Source of the DNA: the human T2T-CHM13v2.0 reference genome, Homo sapiens
Assembly (NCBI RefSeq): GCF_009914755.1
Contig: NC_060935.1
Reading direction: 5' to 3' (one strand)
Length of the DNA stretch: 64,000 bases
The notes beneath the pieces were generated by a model. It was not told where the DNA came from. It did no database searches and saw only the letters and a list, made by a program, of their open reading frames with translations. Positions 45,820 through 60,100 of this stretch are shown here, piece after piece. Each line of letters begins with the position of its first letter. Within the stretch, counting starts at the first letter, position 1. The translations under genes were made by a program, and so were the position numbers.

Positions 45820-46140
45820 TTTTTTATGGAGGGGTCAGATTTATTGAGATAGAATTTGCATATAGTAAATCTCACCCATTTTAGTGTACAATTCTGAAAG
45901 GTCTGACATACCACCACCGCAATCAAGATACAGAACAGTTCCATCCCCTGCCAAACCCCTTCGTGTCCCTGTTGTCGGCCCCTCTCCCCAACCCCAGCTC
46001 CTGGCAACCACTGATCTGTTTTCTTTACCTTCAGTTTTGGCTTTTCTAGAACACTATATTTATGAAATGATACAGTGAGTAGCCATTCAAGTCTGGCTTC
46101 TTTCACTTAGTACAATGCATCTGAACATTAAGCATTGTGA
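45820..46140 (-). mobile_element. Old L1M (MB/MC/ME) 3'UTR fragment
   Basis: tttattgagatagaattt...cctggcaaccactgatctg...ctggcttctttcacttag. Confidence 0.8.
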
Positions 46141-46164
46141 TGAACACAGGTAAGATCCATGCGT

Positions 46165-46345
46165 TACTTTTACATGCATATGTTATCTCTTCTCATTCTC
46201 AAGACACCTCTGAGTCAGGGACTATTATTATCCCCGTTTTATAGATGAAGCAACTGAGGCTTAGAAATGTTAACTTGATTAAGGTCATGCAGCTGGTAAG
46301 TGATGAAGCCACGATTTAAGCTCAGAGTTTCTAACCCAAAGTCCA
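46165..46345 (-). mobile_element. MIR SINE
   Basis: attatccccgttttatagatgaagcaactgaggcttagaaatgttaa...aaggtcatgcagctggtaagtg. Confidence 0.8.
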
Positions 46346-47517
46346 TGCACGCCCTTCTAGAAACCAATATCAGCAAATTTACTCAATTGTTTACACAGAT
46401 TCTACCTTCATTTCCAGAAATGCTTCTTGTCCCTGATCTCATCCTATCTCCTCAAAATTCACTTCTGCCTATATTTAAAGACCCATACCAGATCCCTAGG
46501 CACAGCTTCCTGTAAGGAGCACACCACAGTTCTCACAGGGCCAGAGATCCCATGATCATCGGATGCGCATTCTCTGAAAGTAAGGGACATGCATTTGAGG
46601 ACACAGGAATGAGTTCAGGGGACAAGAAGGGTATCTGGGACTCGCAGAAAAGAAATGTTAAGTTTCATTTATTGTCAGAATCAGCCTGGTTTCTTCTGGA
46701 CCTGGTGTCTAATTTTATTTCAGCTGCTGCTTTGTGGATGTTGGGCTCTGTAGCCATTTACAAGTCCAGAGGGACCTGGGATGTGGTATGGTTTGAACCC
46801 ACAAAACTGTTCTCTATTCCTTTGGAGAAGTGCTGAGCTGTGGCTGGGGAAGGCAGGCTTGGATACCAACTCAGCAACTAGCACACCAAAAAGGCACTTT
46901 CCCCTTACTGGGTCTCCAGGGATCTTGGCTGGTTGAGAGAGGGATAAGCCGGTTCCTCCAGCCCACATGGTCCTCTTCTTCCGCTCACAGTATCAATAAT
47001 TGTCAAGATGTGCATAAAAGTGCATTGACCTAGTTGGAGGTTTCATAAATATAAATAAATTAAATGCTTATGCCTAAGGATGCCTGGGTAAGCATGGGGG
47101 AGAAAGAGAGAGAGTTACTCATGCTTGGATGGACAGTGAAGGGGACCCTCAGGCCTGCCAAGTGCAAACCAGAGAGTGCCAGGCTGTAAGGGAGAGGGGA
47201 ATATCCGCAGGGCCCTGCCAGGAAGCCGGGCCCCTCCAGCTCCGGGGAAGGCTGGGCCTGAGTGCTCCTACTGTGTGCCCCAGTCCACGGGCTGTGGTGT
47301 CTGCGTAGGGATATTGACCCCTCAGTTCTCAGGCTGTGCCCTGAAGTAAATAAAGTTGAAGCACAAGAAGCCTGAGTGGGAGAAACATGGAATGATTTCA
47401 GTATTGATTTCCAAGAGGGAAAGAGGACAAAAGAATGCTAACAGCACTTCATGCTTTCAAAGTGTTTTCATAACATGATCCCATTTTATTCTCACAATGT
47501 GGCATAGGAGACAGGGA

Positions 47518-47557
<40 letters not shown>
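47518..47557. repeat. (TAT)13 microsatellite within an antisense MIR (about 47440-47670)
   Basis: Direct read. Confidence 0.95.
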
Positions 47558-49309
47558 GTAGCACTAGCATTCCCATTTTAGAGATGAGAACATTGAGGCC
47601 CAGAGAGGTGAAGACATTTATGCAAGGTCACCCAGTAACCAGGTGGTTATCTAGTTCAAGAAACCATGGCCTTTCCCCTCCGCATGCTGCTGGGCGGGGC
47701 CTGGACAGGTCTGGGACCCTCTCCCCTGGCCTCTTCTTCCCTACCCATTGTCAGTGCAGCTTCCCTTACCAGCCACTTGCACTGAAGACCCCTTGCCTCT
47801 GGTGTTCCCCCTTCCAAGTCCTCCCTGCACACTCCTCTGCCAGGCAGGTCTTAAACATGGCTTGTACCCCTCTGCTCAAGATCCTTCCTCAGCTCCCCTT
47901 CACCTATAGAACACTAGCCAATGTCTAAATCTGACAGTTTAGGCTTCGTGGTCTGACCTCATCTCGCTCCGCAAGAATGCCCTGCCCATCCAAATCTGAA
48001 CGCCTGCCAGCCTTCTAGGCTCAGCTGCAGCCCCACCTCCTTGGGGATGCCTTCCCTGATTAGCCCGGCCTACGCGGCTCTCTCTTCTCCAGTCCCTGCC
48101 ACAAGCGCCATTACCCTCCGTTCTGCATTGCTAGCCACCCCTCTCCCTGTGCAGGTCTGCCCTCCCCCCATCAGCCCCGGAGCCCTTGGGGAGCAGAAGC
48201 ATCTGACACGCTTGACCAGATTAGGCCTGGAGAGAGCCTGGCTCCATCCCCGCCTAGCTTTGTGACCTGGGTCATTGTCCTGCCCTCTCTGCATCTTCAT
48301 CCACAGAATGGGAGGAGGCTGAATCCATGAATGTCAGAAGTCCTTTCCAACTCCCACATTCCTTGTGATCATGGACCCCATCAGACCCTGGTGTGAAAGA
48401 CTGATTCACTTTAGCGTTGCTCTTCTCCAGAAATTTGCATTTTAACAGGCACAACGCTTTCGGCCAAAGAAAAGAAGCTCTGACATTTGGAGTTGTGGGG
48501 GCAGGCTTCCTGGTACCCCTGTACACGGCCTGCAGGGGGTCATCTCCTCACGGCCAAAGGCCAAGTCTGCTTTGTGGAGATTTTCCTACTCCCCACCCCC
48601 TCCTCTCCTACCCCCCTGTGCAATATTAAGGGATCCTCGGGGAACTAAGAAAATAGAAACACATTTAAATTCTTTTCTGCTTCTGTCCCCTTGCATTCAG
48701 ATGACTGACTCATGCTTGCCTCATCTCCCGGTCTCTAACTTTGGGCTCTAGCCCCAAGGGGCAGGGACGATGTCTTTGTTCTAGCTCCATTTTTGTGCCA
48801 GATCCTCAGACACTGGGATTCTTGGTCTGATTCCCCATCTGCCTCCACCCAGCCCCACCACCGGGATACAGTCCTTCCTATCAGCTTCTCAGGAGCCAGT
48901 GTCTACCCAAGATGGGATGTTTAGGAGGAAAAAACCAATCCCAAAGCAAAACTCAAAGCAAGCTTGTTTGTCTGCATTCAGGCCTGTATCAAGGAGTTGC
49001 ATGGCACCAGGTTTGCCCAAATCCAGAGTCCTTCAAGGATGTCTGGCATCAACACTTGCTCGGCACAAAACTAGATCACTACTGTCTTGACCTTTGAGTC
49101 CTCAGAGCAAAGTTCTCAGCGCCTGGGTAGCTGCCGGCAGCTTTGCTAATTGTTCTGTGTTCCAAGTCAGGAAAAATCAGGCATGTGCATCACCTGAAGT
49201 GTTCAGCCACTTTGGTTGGTTTTGTTTTTTAAGGTGCCAAGTTGAAGTGGACACTTGGGTTGGTTTTGAACGGCTGTGAACGTTGCTTGCTACATTTGAA
49301 CAGAGAGGA

Positions 49310-49510
49310 TGTGGCATATTCAACTGCAATATAGTGGCATAGAGCATGGGCTCTGGGCAAGTGACTCAGTCTCCTTTTCTGTAAAATGGCTTAACAGGAG
49401 TACCCACCTAGTTCACAGAGTTGTTGGGGAGATCAATAGGATCATACAAGGAAAGTACTCAGAATGATACTTGGCACAGGACAAGTGTCCGATACATATT
49501 AGCTCTTATG
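49310..49510 (+). mobile_element. MIR SINE
   Basis: gggcaagtgactcagt...ctgtaaaatgg...cttggcacagg. Confidence 0.65.
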
Positions 49511-49517
49511 ATTATAA

Positions 49518-50082
<565 letters not shown>

Positions 50083-50599
50083 TATCTGCTATTTTAAATG
50101 AGCAGTTTCAGTTCCTACAAATATATCTGTAAGCATGTATAAATCAGAACAGCACTGGTATTTAAGGGATGCCATCAGGACGATGGGGGTGTGACCCAAT
50201 TGCTTGCTAATGGAACCCCTGTTGATCCTCACTCACTGCAATGCAGGATGTAGCTGGCTGAGGAGGGTGGGAGAACTGGTGCCTCCGTCTGGGAGCACAG
50301 AGAGGAGGAGTCGCCAGGGCCAGGGACCCACTCACTCCTGGAGGCGCCGCTGAAATGTCGTGGAGAACTTCTTGGCCATTTTCCTGTCAGAATGAATCGC
50401 ACCTTTCCATGCTCTCACAGTATTTTTGTTGATACCATGCGCCTTGCACTGACTGTCCTGCTGAGGACCCTGAGGGCAGCATGGTCTCTGATTCACCCGG
50501 GATCTGCAGCATCCAGCACCATGCCTGTTGCAGGGGGCCCTCCATAAATGTTTGCTGCTAAAGGCATGAGGGCCCTTGATGGGATCTGCCACTTCCAGG

Positions 50600-50770
50600 A
50601 CCCTAGAATGAGGGAATCCGAGGATACCCTGGACCAATCCCTCCTTTTGCAGATCTAGGAAATAGGCCAGGGAGCAGAAGTGACTTTCCAAGATCACACA
50701 GCTGGGGGCAGAGCTGGGACTAGAATGCAGGTCTCTTGACTCTGGTCCTAGGGCTGTATTCTCTACATCT
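50600..50770 (-). mobile_element. MIR SINE
   Basis: gaagtgactttccaagatcacacagct...gagctgggactagaa. Confidence 0.65.
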
Positions 50771-53700
50771 GCTTTCCATCTTAACCCCCTCCTCCAGCCG
50801 TGAGCAATAGAACATGGCTTGCACTCTATGGGAGGGTGGGAGGGGAGGCTGGGGGCACCGCCTCCAAGGCGCATGTAACAGCTGATCCTTCTGCATTTTG
50901 AAGTGTGCCACAAGGAAGCCATCTTGGTGTAGGAGGACCCCTACCCCTTTGCAGTTTCCCACTGGAGAGACCAATCTGCTTCTTAACTTCCCCTTCCTAG
51001 GTTTAGGACAGCCTGTTCTTTGACACCAAGAAGCTGCCCAAGGTCACAGAGCTGAGACCTTGACCCAGCTCTCTCTGTTCTCAGTTCTCAAGTTATCCAG
51101 TTCCTCCTGTTCGACTCGGCTGGCAGGATCAGATCTAGACAGGAGGCGGGAAGCAGGAGGATGACAGCGGGCCCAGTAGTGAGGGGCTGGGGAAGTTCAA
51201 GGAAGGCTTGGAGAATTCATGCCTGCTTCCATGATGGGTTTATAAGGGCAGGGAGAGCCTTCAGGACTCAGCCCTTCCACGAACTGGGCAATACAAAGAT
51301 TCCTTAAGCTCTGGGGACATTGCCTGAGGCAGATCCCTGGAGGAAGAACCACTTCTCTCCCAGGGTGTTAGTGATTGCTGAGTCCAGCATGTTAGTTTTC
51401 AAAGACTAAGCCTAGATCTGGCTTGCTCTGCACAGCGCTGAGGCCAAGTTGGCTTTTCTGGAGTGGAGTGATGCCCAGAGGGTGAGGCCCCCCAGGATGC
51501 TCCTCCATCACCTCCCACAGTCCCATCTGATCCTGTCCTCAAGGACAGACATACCAACACGTCAGCTCTTCTCTGGAGTTCTTTAGGCAGGTGGCCACAT
51601 CACGCAGGACCCCAGGGAGAAGGCTCTCCACTTTTGCCAGGGGTCACTCTTATTGCTGCTGCCCCCTCAGAGATGGCTGCTTAGGTCAAGACTTTTGACC
51701 ACCACCCTCACTCCTCCTAGTAACTGAAATAGCTGATACATGGACAACGAACAGGGTGTTGTGATTATGAGCTCATTCGATTCTTTCCAACCCCTCCCCC
51801 CACGATTTAGATACTATTATGATTCCTATATTGTAGTGGAAGACACAGAGGGTGGGAAAAGGTGAGTGACCTGCACAAGGTCAACCAGTTAGAAGGTGGC
51901 AGCCGCAGGGCTCGGATGCTGCAGTCTGCCCTCCTCCTACCCTCCCCATCACGCTGTCCCTGGCCCCCTGACCCCCATGGTGGGTCTGGGGACACCAGTG
52001 TTCTCTGTCATCCTGGTCCAGGCTGTGAAAGCAGGTGACATTTCCCTCTCCCCTATCTCCTCTAGGGAGCCCAAGACTCCAGACGCGGGGACTGCCCAGA
52101 AGAGATGAGTCGGGCCGATGTTGTTCATGACTCCTCTGCTGCCTGGAGCCCCCGCTGCCTTGCATAGCCATCACTGAGATGATAAACTGAGGAGCAGGGG
52201 ATGGGCTCAGAGCTGTTACCCTCTGCGAGTGGAAAAGGAAAGGGATGGAAAGTGTGACTTAGAAATACTTACAAATCCCTTGGTTTTTGGGATCCAAGCT
52301 ATTCTCTGTTCTCCATGCCTCCTCTTTGTCCCTTATCTCCACCCTGAGAGAACATCAGCTGCAGAGTGAGCTCCCTCCCAGGGGTGTGGGGAGAGCTGTG
52401 TTCTGAGCTTTCCTGTGGTCCTGAGTGAAATCACAGCCCCTCTCTGCTCGGCACTGGAGGATCTCCAGGTCTAACATCCAGGGATTTGGTGATGCCGTCA
52501 CTTTAAACCTCAGCATAACCCACGACCACTGGCAGCAAATGGTACATGGTGTTTCTTTGACAAAGACTGATGTGGCATTTCAATGTGCCAGGTACCATTC
52601 TAAGCATGTTGGTGATATCAGTTCATGGAATCCTCTGACAATTCCCTGGGTTAGGTTCCACTGTCACCCCGATTTTACAGTGAGGGAGGCACTGAGGTCA
52701 TATAGCTAATAGAGGACAGAGCCTGAAGGAGGCCCAGGCATCTGGCACCAGGGTCCATTTTTTTTTAACCACCCTAGCTCGGGGGTCGGGGGCTGCCTGT
52801 CTGCCAGCCGTGCCCATGACTCCTCCATCACTCGCTAGTGCTGCAGCCTGGCCTTTCGCTCTGGGACAGAGGAGTCCCCCTGCTCCTTGAGCACCCAGTG
52901 CCCATTCCAATCACTTTTGATTTCCCATCTGGCCTTAGGTAGCCTGTGCACCTTGTAGGGGCAAATTAACCAGGGATAACACGGGTAGCAGCTCCCAAAC
53001 AAAGCCATGTTGACAAAGTCCCCTCCCCTGCAGTCCCCTGAGCCGGTGCATTGAGGGGTGTGAAGCGTTTTGTAGGTTATCATGCAAACACACAGGCATC
53101 CCGGATACAAGCGAGCCCAGCCTGAGCCTTCATGGCCCGTAGCCTTGCCGGGCCACCACACTCTGCTGCTGAGGAGAGCTCTCGAGTGTGCTGTCATCAG
53201 GGACTGTGAAGCACTAAACATGTGAGATGCTTGTATCCAAACAAGCAAGAGGGATTCAGTGGGGCCAGTGGGGCAGACTGAGTTCCAAACACTGATGTCA
53301 ACAACTAGGAGGGGAGGCTGAGGCATGGCCAGGGGCGGGTGTGGGGATCCTGTCCCCCTCCTCTAAGCCACCCCTCCCTGCCTTCCTGCCCTTTTCTCTT
53401 CCTCTTCTTCCCCTTTCCCTTTCCCTCTGACAAGAAGGAGCATCAGTCTGATTCAGCGCCTGAGACCAGGGGACCCTGCTGCCATTTGCAGAGGGGAAAA
53501 TGAGCCTCATCGACCCAAATAAAATAAGGACACACAGGGGGAGAGGCTGCTACAAAGAAAAACAAGGCGTGGGTTTCGGAGGCTGTTGCAGGGAAGCATT
53601 GGGGTCAGGAGGCACAGAGGCCCCTATGTTAGCTTACTCCAAGCCTCAGATGGGACTGGTGGCCTCTTCCTCCACCATGGTCAAATGCAAGCCTAAGAGG

Positions 53701-54739
53701 GGGCCTGTAAATAGAGAGAAGCAGATGACAGACATCACCACATATTAAAATGCAAGCGACCGGAGCGGGCTCCTGCCGACTCTGCAGTGCGCCTTGGAGA
53801 TGGCTGCTAGACCCGGTTGGATTCGATGCACGGGCAGCCCGTCCTCCTGTCACCCAGCTATTTATTTATTCAAAACAAACACATGCTCAAACTCTCTTTT
53901 TATTCTAGGTGAACAAAGCAAACACACTCTGCAGGCGGAACACCCCCCTCCCACCTCCCCCAACTCAATGTGTTTTCATTAATATAAATTGTTTGCAGTA
54001 GGCAAATTAATTCTAGAAATGGTTCTTAGACACGGCAAATGGTTCTTGTAAAGGAAATGATGCAGGAGAGCTCTCTGCGTCTTCGTATGCACCAGGGATC
54101 TTAGGTAAATATAATAATGTTGATAATGATAATCGATGCTTATTACAATGGCCAGGCTTAACAACCTGCAGCATTAAGAACTAACCAGAGCGACTGAATC
54201 CAGGTTGTGAGTTGCAAAGAGCCCCTGGGATTGGGCAAAGAACATGAGGTACGGAAAGCTTTCAAACGGGGAAGTTCTTAGTGTACCTTAAAACTTGTCA
54301 TTCTGGAAGGTTTCTCAGTTTAGAAACACTTTCTTGCTCCTTTGAGTTTGACATCAATGAGGTGCGGTAGGCAAGGTGGACAGGCATAGATAGCCCCATG
54401 GTACAGGAGAAAAAGTGAGGCCCTAAGAGGTTAAGTGATTACCCAGCTGCTAATGAACAGAGCTTGGGTTGAAATTCAGATGACCTTGTTTCAAATCTTC
54501 TATTCCCTCTATCACATCAGAGCTCCTAAACTTCAGGGTTTGGGGTCTCACTAGGTATTTTTTGCCTTATCCAAATACTATCTGCATTGTTATTTATTTA
54601 ATATGTTTTTCAAAATCTACCTTAAATCACCAAACTTTTTTGGCTGTCCTCACCTGCAGCAATGATATCCATGAACCCATGGGCTTGAGAGGCTAGATCA
54701 CTTTTTTTAAAAATGAAGATTTAATGCATTATGTTATTT

Positions 54740-54905
<166 letters not shown>

Positions 54906-55369
54906 TAAAAAAAAAAAAAAAAACTTGTCCATGCACCACCTAGAATTGCCTGGCACACCATGAGGGATGCATGCCACATTTTAGGACACACTGGTCTGCA
55001 CCAGAAAGCAGCAGCCAGACACCTGTAAGTTATTTTTGTCATTACTGACTGCCCCACGCCCAGTGCCTGCCAGAACTGCCTGTTCCTCCCACACCGTCCT
55101 TCCAGGGGTCTGCAATACATTCCTGCTCAGAGCCAGGTCCCTGCTGTCATCTCGAGATGGAGCACAGGACTGAGGCCAGAATATTACCTGAGTTCTGGAT
55201 GGCGTCTGGGGACCAGGACTAAAGAACTGCAGCAGAAAGGACTGCTGGTCAGGCTCTGCTGGGACCCACTGTGCAGTGGGGTATGTCCCAGGGTGATGGC
55301 TAGGAAGGGGTCATCAGCCACAGAGACCCTCAAATGCAGACTGAGAATGGGATGATGACAAGGAAGTAT

Positions 55370-55625
55370 TGTCAATTTTGTAAGCAGTGACAATAATCAC
55401 GCAGTTATATCGGAAAATGGGCATATTGCTCCTAAAGATTCGTACTGAGTGTATGTAGGAGAGAAATCACCAGAGGCCTAGGATTCACTTTAAACACTTC
55501 AGCACAAAACAGGGGGAGTGATGAAGCTGGTGTAGACACATCTTGATAGTTGTGAAATATGAGTGATGGGTATATGAGGTTCATTGTTCTACACAATTTG
55601 AAATAATTTGTAATAATTATTTTGA
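55370..55625 (+). mobile_element. L1ME-type 3'UTR fragment
   Basis: gtgatgggtatatgaggttcattgttctac terminus. Confidence 0.6.
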
Positions 55626-57149
55626 GAATGGAAATCAATGATCCTAGTTCAGCTAGTGTAGAAGAGGGGGTATTTAGAACTTTTAAAAATTCATTTATTT
55701 ATTTATTTATTCACACACAGAGAGCAGTACAGTTAGGAAGTGGCAGGGTGAGGGGGGTAATATGGGGTCTCTGGGGCGAGGAGCAGGTTCCAACACCCCC
55801 ATAACCCAGTGGGCACCCTAGCACCCCCAAAGTTTGCCTTCTGCTTCTTGGTCTGGCCGGGTTTCTCACTTAGCCCCTGCATCCCGTCCTGAGCGCCTGC
55901 CTCTGTAATGAGGAGTGATGTATAATTGATGAAAGCACAATGTGATATAGTCACAGAAACCTCGTCTGCTAGGAGACATCTGTTCAGCACATAGAATCCA
56001 CTCAGCTACTGTCACAATGCATTTACTGTATTGTATCAGAGCTGCAGGAATCTGCGAGTGCTATGCGAGCCGCGATTTGTAATATTCTCTGTCTGGGGAC
56101 GTGGAGAAGTAGGAACCAGTGCTTCTGCCTCAGAGATTTATGCACCTGGGTGGCATTCTCTGCATCTCCCTCACTTTGCATTCCTTCGGAGTCCTCTTCA
56201 TAAATTATCCCGGCGCTCTGATGGGGTTTTAACGGGCTCAGGTGCCAGCATCTACGTCCCTCTTTCCCATGCTTCTGTCACAGATGCCCCAGGGTCCCCG
56301 TGCACTGCCCATTCTGGAACGAGGGAGGAGCACTTGCCAGGGATGCAGCTTCAGGGATCCCTTCTTTGCTTGGGACTCTCTGTCCCCAGGTGCATCCCGG
56401 CCCCTCACCAGGTCAGCCCAGGCTCTACAGGCATGTGGGGTTCTGTGCTTGGTGCCAAGTGGGTTTCCTGCAAGTTCTAAACAAAGGGAGGCAGGGCTGG
56501 GAAAAGGGGGCATCTTGAAAGGACCACAGGCCTTGGCAGGGACAACCTGGGCCAGGTTGGGTGACAGGCCCCTGATCTGAGTCAATCATGTCTATGGGGA
56601 GGAGGGTGAGGAGCAGGAGAATCCTGGGGCTAGGGTGGAAAGCTGTGCTCATCAGGTAGGGCAGGGGCCCTAGGACACTTGTCAATGGGGCCCGCAGTAG
56701 TCAGAGTCTGGATTCTCCGCAGCTCTGGGCTCCTGGTTTTGTCATCTTACACCCCTCTGCTCATCCTAGCCCATCATCCCTCCACTCCGTAACTCACAGT
56801 GCACCTCCTCCTGGAGGCCGGCTCGGCAAGGACTGCCTAGGAGCTTGGATGGAGCCATTGCAGTGTCGCCAGTCTGCCTCCCATTGAGCTCACACTGTCT
56901 TCACTCAGCGTCTTAAGCATTCTCCACATCTGTGTCCGTGTGTGTGTGTATGTGTGCATGCATGTCCAGGCTCTTCCATTTGCCTGGAAGCCCCCTGAGG
57001 GCTGGCTCTGTTTCTTTTCTTTCTTTGGTGTCTCCTGTGGGGTCTGACACAGGGCTGCTAAAGGCCCCATAACCCCTGATATCTAATGTGAAGACCTCTC
57101 ACTCTGGAAGCTGAGGCAGCGCTAGGCTCACCGATGGTCCATAGTCATT

Positions 57150-57405
57150 GTATTGAGCTAATAGTTACACACCCTTCGTTACATGCTGGGCAATGTTCTA
57201 AGCGATTTACACATATTCAATAACATAATCCCTTAAATAACCCATGCAGTAAGTACCATCATTGGCCTCATTTTTCAGATGGGGGAAAGCTGAGGCATAC
57301 AGAGGTGATTCCATGCTGCAAGGTCACCCAGCCCATACATGATGGGTGCAGACCTGGCACCCGGGCAGTCTGCTTCCAGAGACCAGGCTCCGTGCTGCTG
57401 CACTG
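57150..57405 (-). mobile_element. MIR SINE
   Basis: cattttcagatgggggaaagctgaggcatacagagg...caaggtcacccagc. Confidence 0.75.
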
Positions 57406-57416
57406 AACGCTGCCCC

Positions 57417-57628
57417 AGTGGGGCTCAGGAGGAAGGGCTTTGACCTCAGGCAGCACGGGGTGTGAACCCCAACACCACTGCCATGTGTAAGTCACCTCCC
57501 CCAGGCTCAGTATCCTCTCCCACAAATGGGGCTAATGATACTTACCCCAGAGGGTGGCTGTGAAGATTAAGCAAAAGACATCTCAAGCATCTGGCACAGT
57601 TCCTGGCACTTACGGGGCACTAAACAAG
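57417..57628 (+). mobile_element. MIR SINE
   Basis: aaatggggctaatgatacttacc...gtgaagattaa...cagttcctggcac. Confidence 0.7.
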
Positions 57629-58237
57629 AGGCTGTCCCTGTTCCTCACTACTGAAGAAAGGGGGCAGTGAGGGGCATAGGCCCAGCTCCTCCATCCCCTG
57701 GGCCCACGTGTCCTGCCCTCGGCGGTGCCCACACACAGCGACGCTTCAGGGTCACAGACTCACAGGCTCAGTGCAGAAGAAAATGGATGCCTTCTGCCCT
57801 GCAGCAAAATCTCTGCTTTCTCCCCTGCTCCCGCCCACCCTGACCTCTTGCAGAATGGCAGATTCCCCAAAGCAGCCACAGAGCTGCCTCCCCGTGCACC
57901 TCGCTGGGGCCTGGGGGCCTGGGTCACTCAGGTGGTACCTCAGGGCTGCTGTGCGGCCTCCCTCATTAAAGCCTGACAAATGAAATGTGAGAACCAAAGC
58001 CGCTCCCATGTCACCTGGAAAGAAGAGATGACAGGCTGCCTGTCTGCCACCGGGGCCTGTGTATAGGGTTCTACAAATCCCAGGCCCAGAGGCCGGGACA
58101 GCACTGCAACTTCATTTATCAGGAAAGACTGGGCTGGGCAGGGCTTGGGGCCCTGGCACAAGCCAAGGAACAGAGCCGCCTGTTTCTGCCTGGCACAGGG
58201 ATGTGGAGCTCCCTCTTTCCTTGAACCATAGTATTGA

Positions 58238-58554
<317 letters not shown>

Positions 58555-58784
58555 TGAACTCACTGCATTTCTAAGTGGCCCTTCTAAAAGGGAGTGGGGT
58601 CTCACCTGGCATGGTTATCTAGGGAAGTAAACACCAGCCTTTCTCAGTCTTGACAAAGGACAGAAAAAGGAAAGAGGGGCACTCAGTATAAACCTCAAGG
58701 AATTCCAAGGGAGGTGCACAGATATTGGGTCCTGGATCAGGCTCCATTTCAGAGAGAGTTTATCCTAGAAAAAAGTCTCCTGTT

Positions 58785-58990
58785 GTTTCTCAGTGGGGAT
58801 ACTTTGACATTTTGGGGAGGCACATACCTGTGGGTCTATCCTAGGCAAAGAAGGACATTTAGTATCCTTGGGTTTTGTGCATGAAATGCCAGTAGATCCC
58901 TCAGTCACTCTGACACCCAAGTATTCTCCCCTCTTGCGTTTTCAAACAAACACCCTTGAGAAGATGACACTGCCCCAGGTGAGAAGCTCA
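58785..58990 (-). mobile_element. MER20-like MITE
   Basis: ttgacattttgggg...ggacatttagtatcc...atgccagtag...gtgagaagc, i.e. antisense MER20 pattern. Confidence 0.55.
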
Positions 58991-59596
58991 TCAGATCCGC
59001 TGATGCTCTCAGCAATGCACGCACACCTGTGTGAGTCTCCCTTCCTAAAACTCCAGGAACAGTCAGGTCTGCCCTCTGGGTGTCAGCTTCTGTGAATTTG
59101 GAGATGGTGTTCTGGCTCTGACATCTGTGTTCTGGGTGTCCCCAGCGGGCTGGGTTAGATCACCTCCACCTGACATCCCGCAGACCTGCAGCAGCCCCTG
59201 CTCCTCCTCTGGCTTTGGCTATCTGGTCTTCTCTCCGTGGCCAGGCTACTCAGGCTCCTCCCTGGTGTGGGGCAGCCTCATTTCCCTACTGTGACTCTCA
59301 TCTTTAGTCCTATGTGGTTGGAGCCTAAGGAAGACAGGAGGCCAGGGAGGGATGAAAGATGTGTTCCTCCCCTCTACCCCATCCTGCCCCATAGAGACTT
59401 TATTATTCACTTCTCCTGTCATCCTTTGCCCTTTGGCAGTTTCTGTGGTGGGATTTTCATTCCTCATTGTTACCTCTGTCAAGAAGGGACTCCTCAATAG
59501 TTCACCATTGCCGTTCTCTAACTAACTGTTCTGTTTTGCATTTCTATGGTGGGTTGGTGGGTTTCCTCCCTCCTGATATAATGATTACTCTGTCTT

Positions 59597-59602
<6 letters not shown>

Positions 59603-59632
<30 letters not shown>
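59603..59632. repeat. (AC)15 microsatellite
   Basis: Direct read. Confidence 0.97.
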
Positions 59633-59637
<5 letters not shown>

Positions 59638-59799
59638 GATATTTCCTTAAGACACTTCTCTGAAGAGATGAGGGTGAGGGAAGGCTACAGAAGCACTTTA
59701 ATGAGGAAGGCTTTCTTCATAGCAGAGGGGGAGGGTTGGAAAGTCAGTCATTAGAATAGGGATCAAGAAAGTCAGTGGAGCCACTGTCTCTGGGGGGCT

Positions 59800-60100
59800 T
59801 TTAAAAAATGTCTACTTTTTCCTGATTAAAATAGAATACCAATTTGTTGTAAGAAATTTGGAAAATACAGAAAAACCAAAGTAAGACAATAAAAATGACC
59901 TGCAACCCCACCAACAAGAGATAGACTTGGTATATTTCCTTTTAGTCTTTTTTTGGAAGGGTGATGGAGATCAGGTTGCGTATGCAGTTTTATATGCTTT
60001 TTTCATTTTATATTCCAATGAGGGCTTTTATTTTGCATCCTCAAATCATCTTCAAAAACATCATTTTAAGGACTACATAGCATTCCCCTCTGTGGATAGG
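59800..60100 (-). mobile_element. L1ME-type fragment
   Basis: AT-rich gaaatttggaaaatacagaaaaa...tggtatatttcctttagtc pattern. Confidence 0.5.

Noticed and set aside
47497-47928. Poly-Tyr ORF
   Set aside because: (TAT)n microsatellite inside a MIR.
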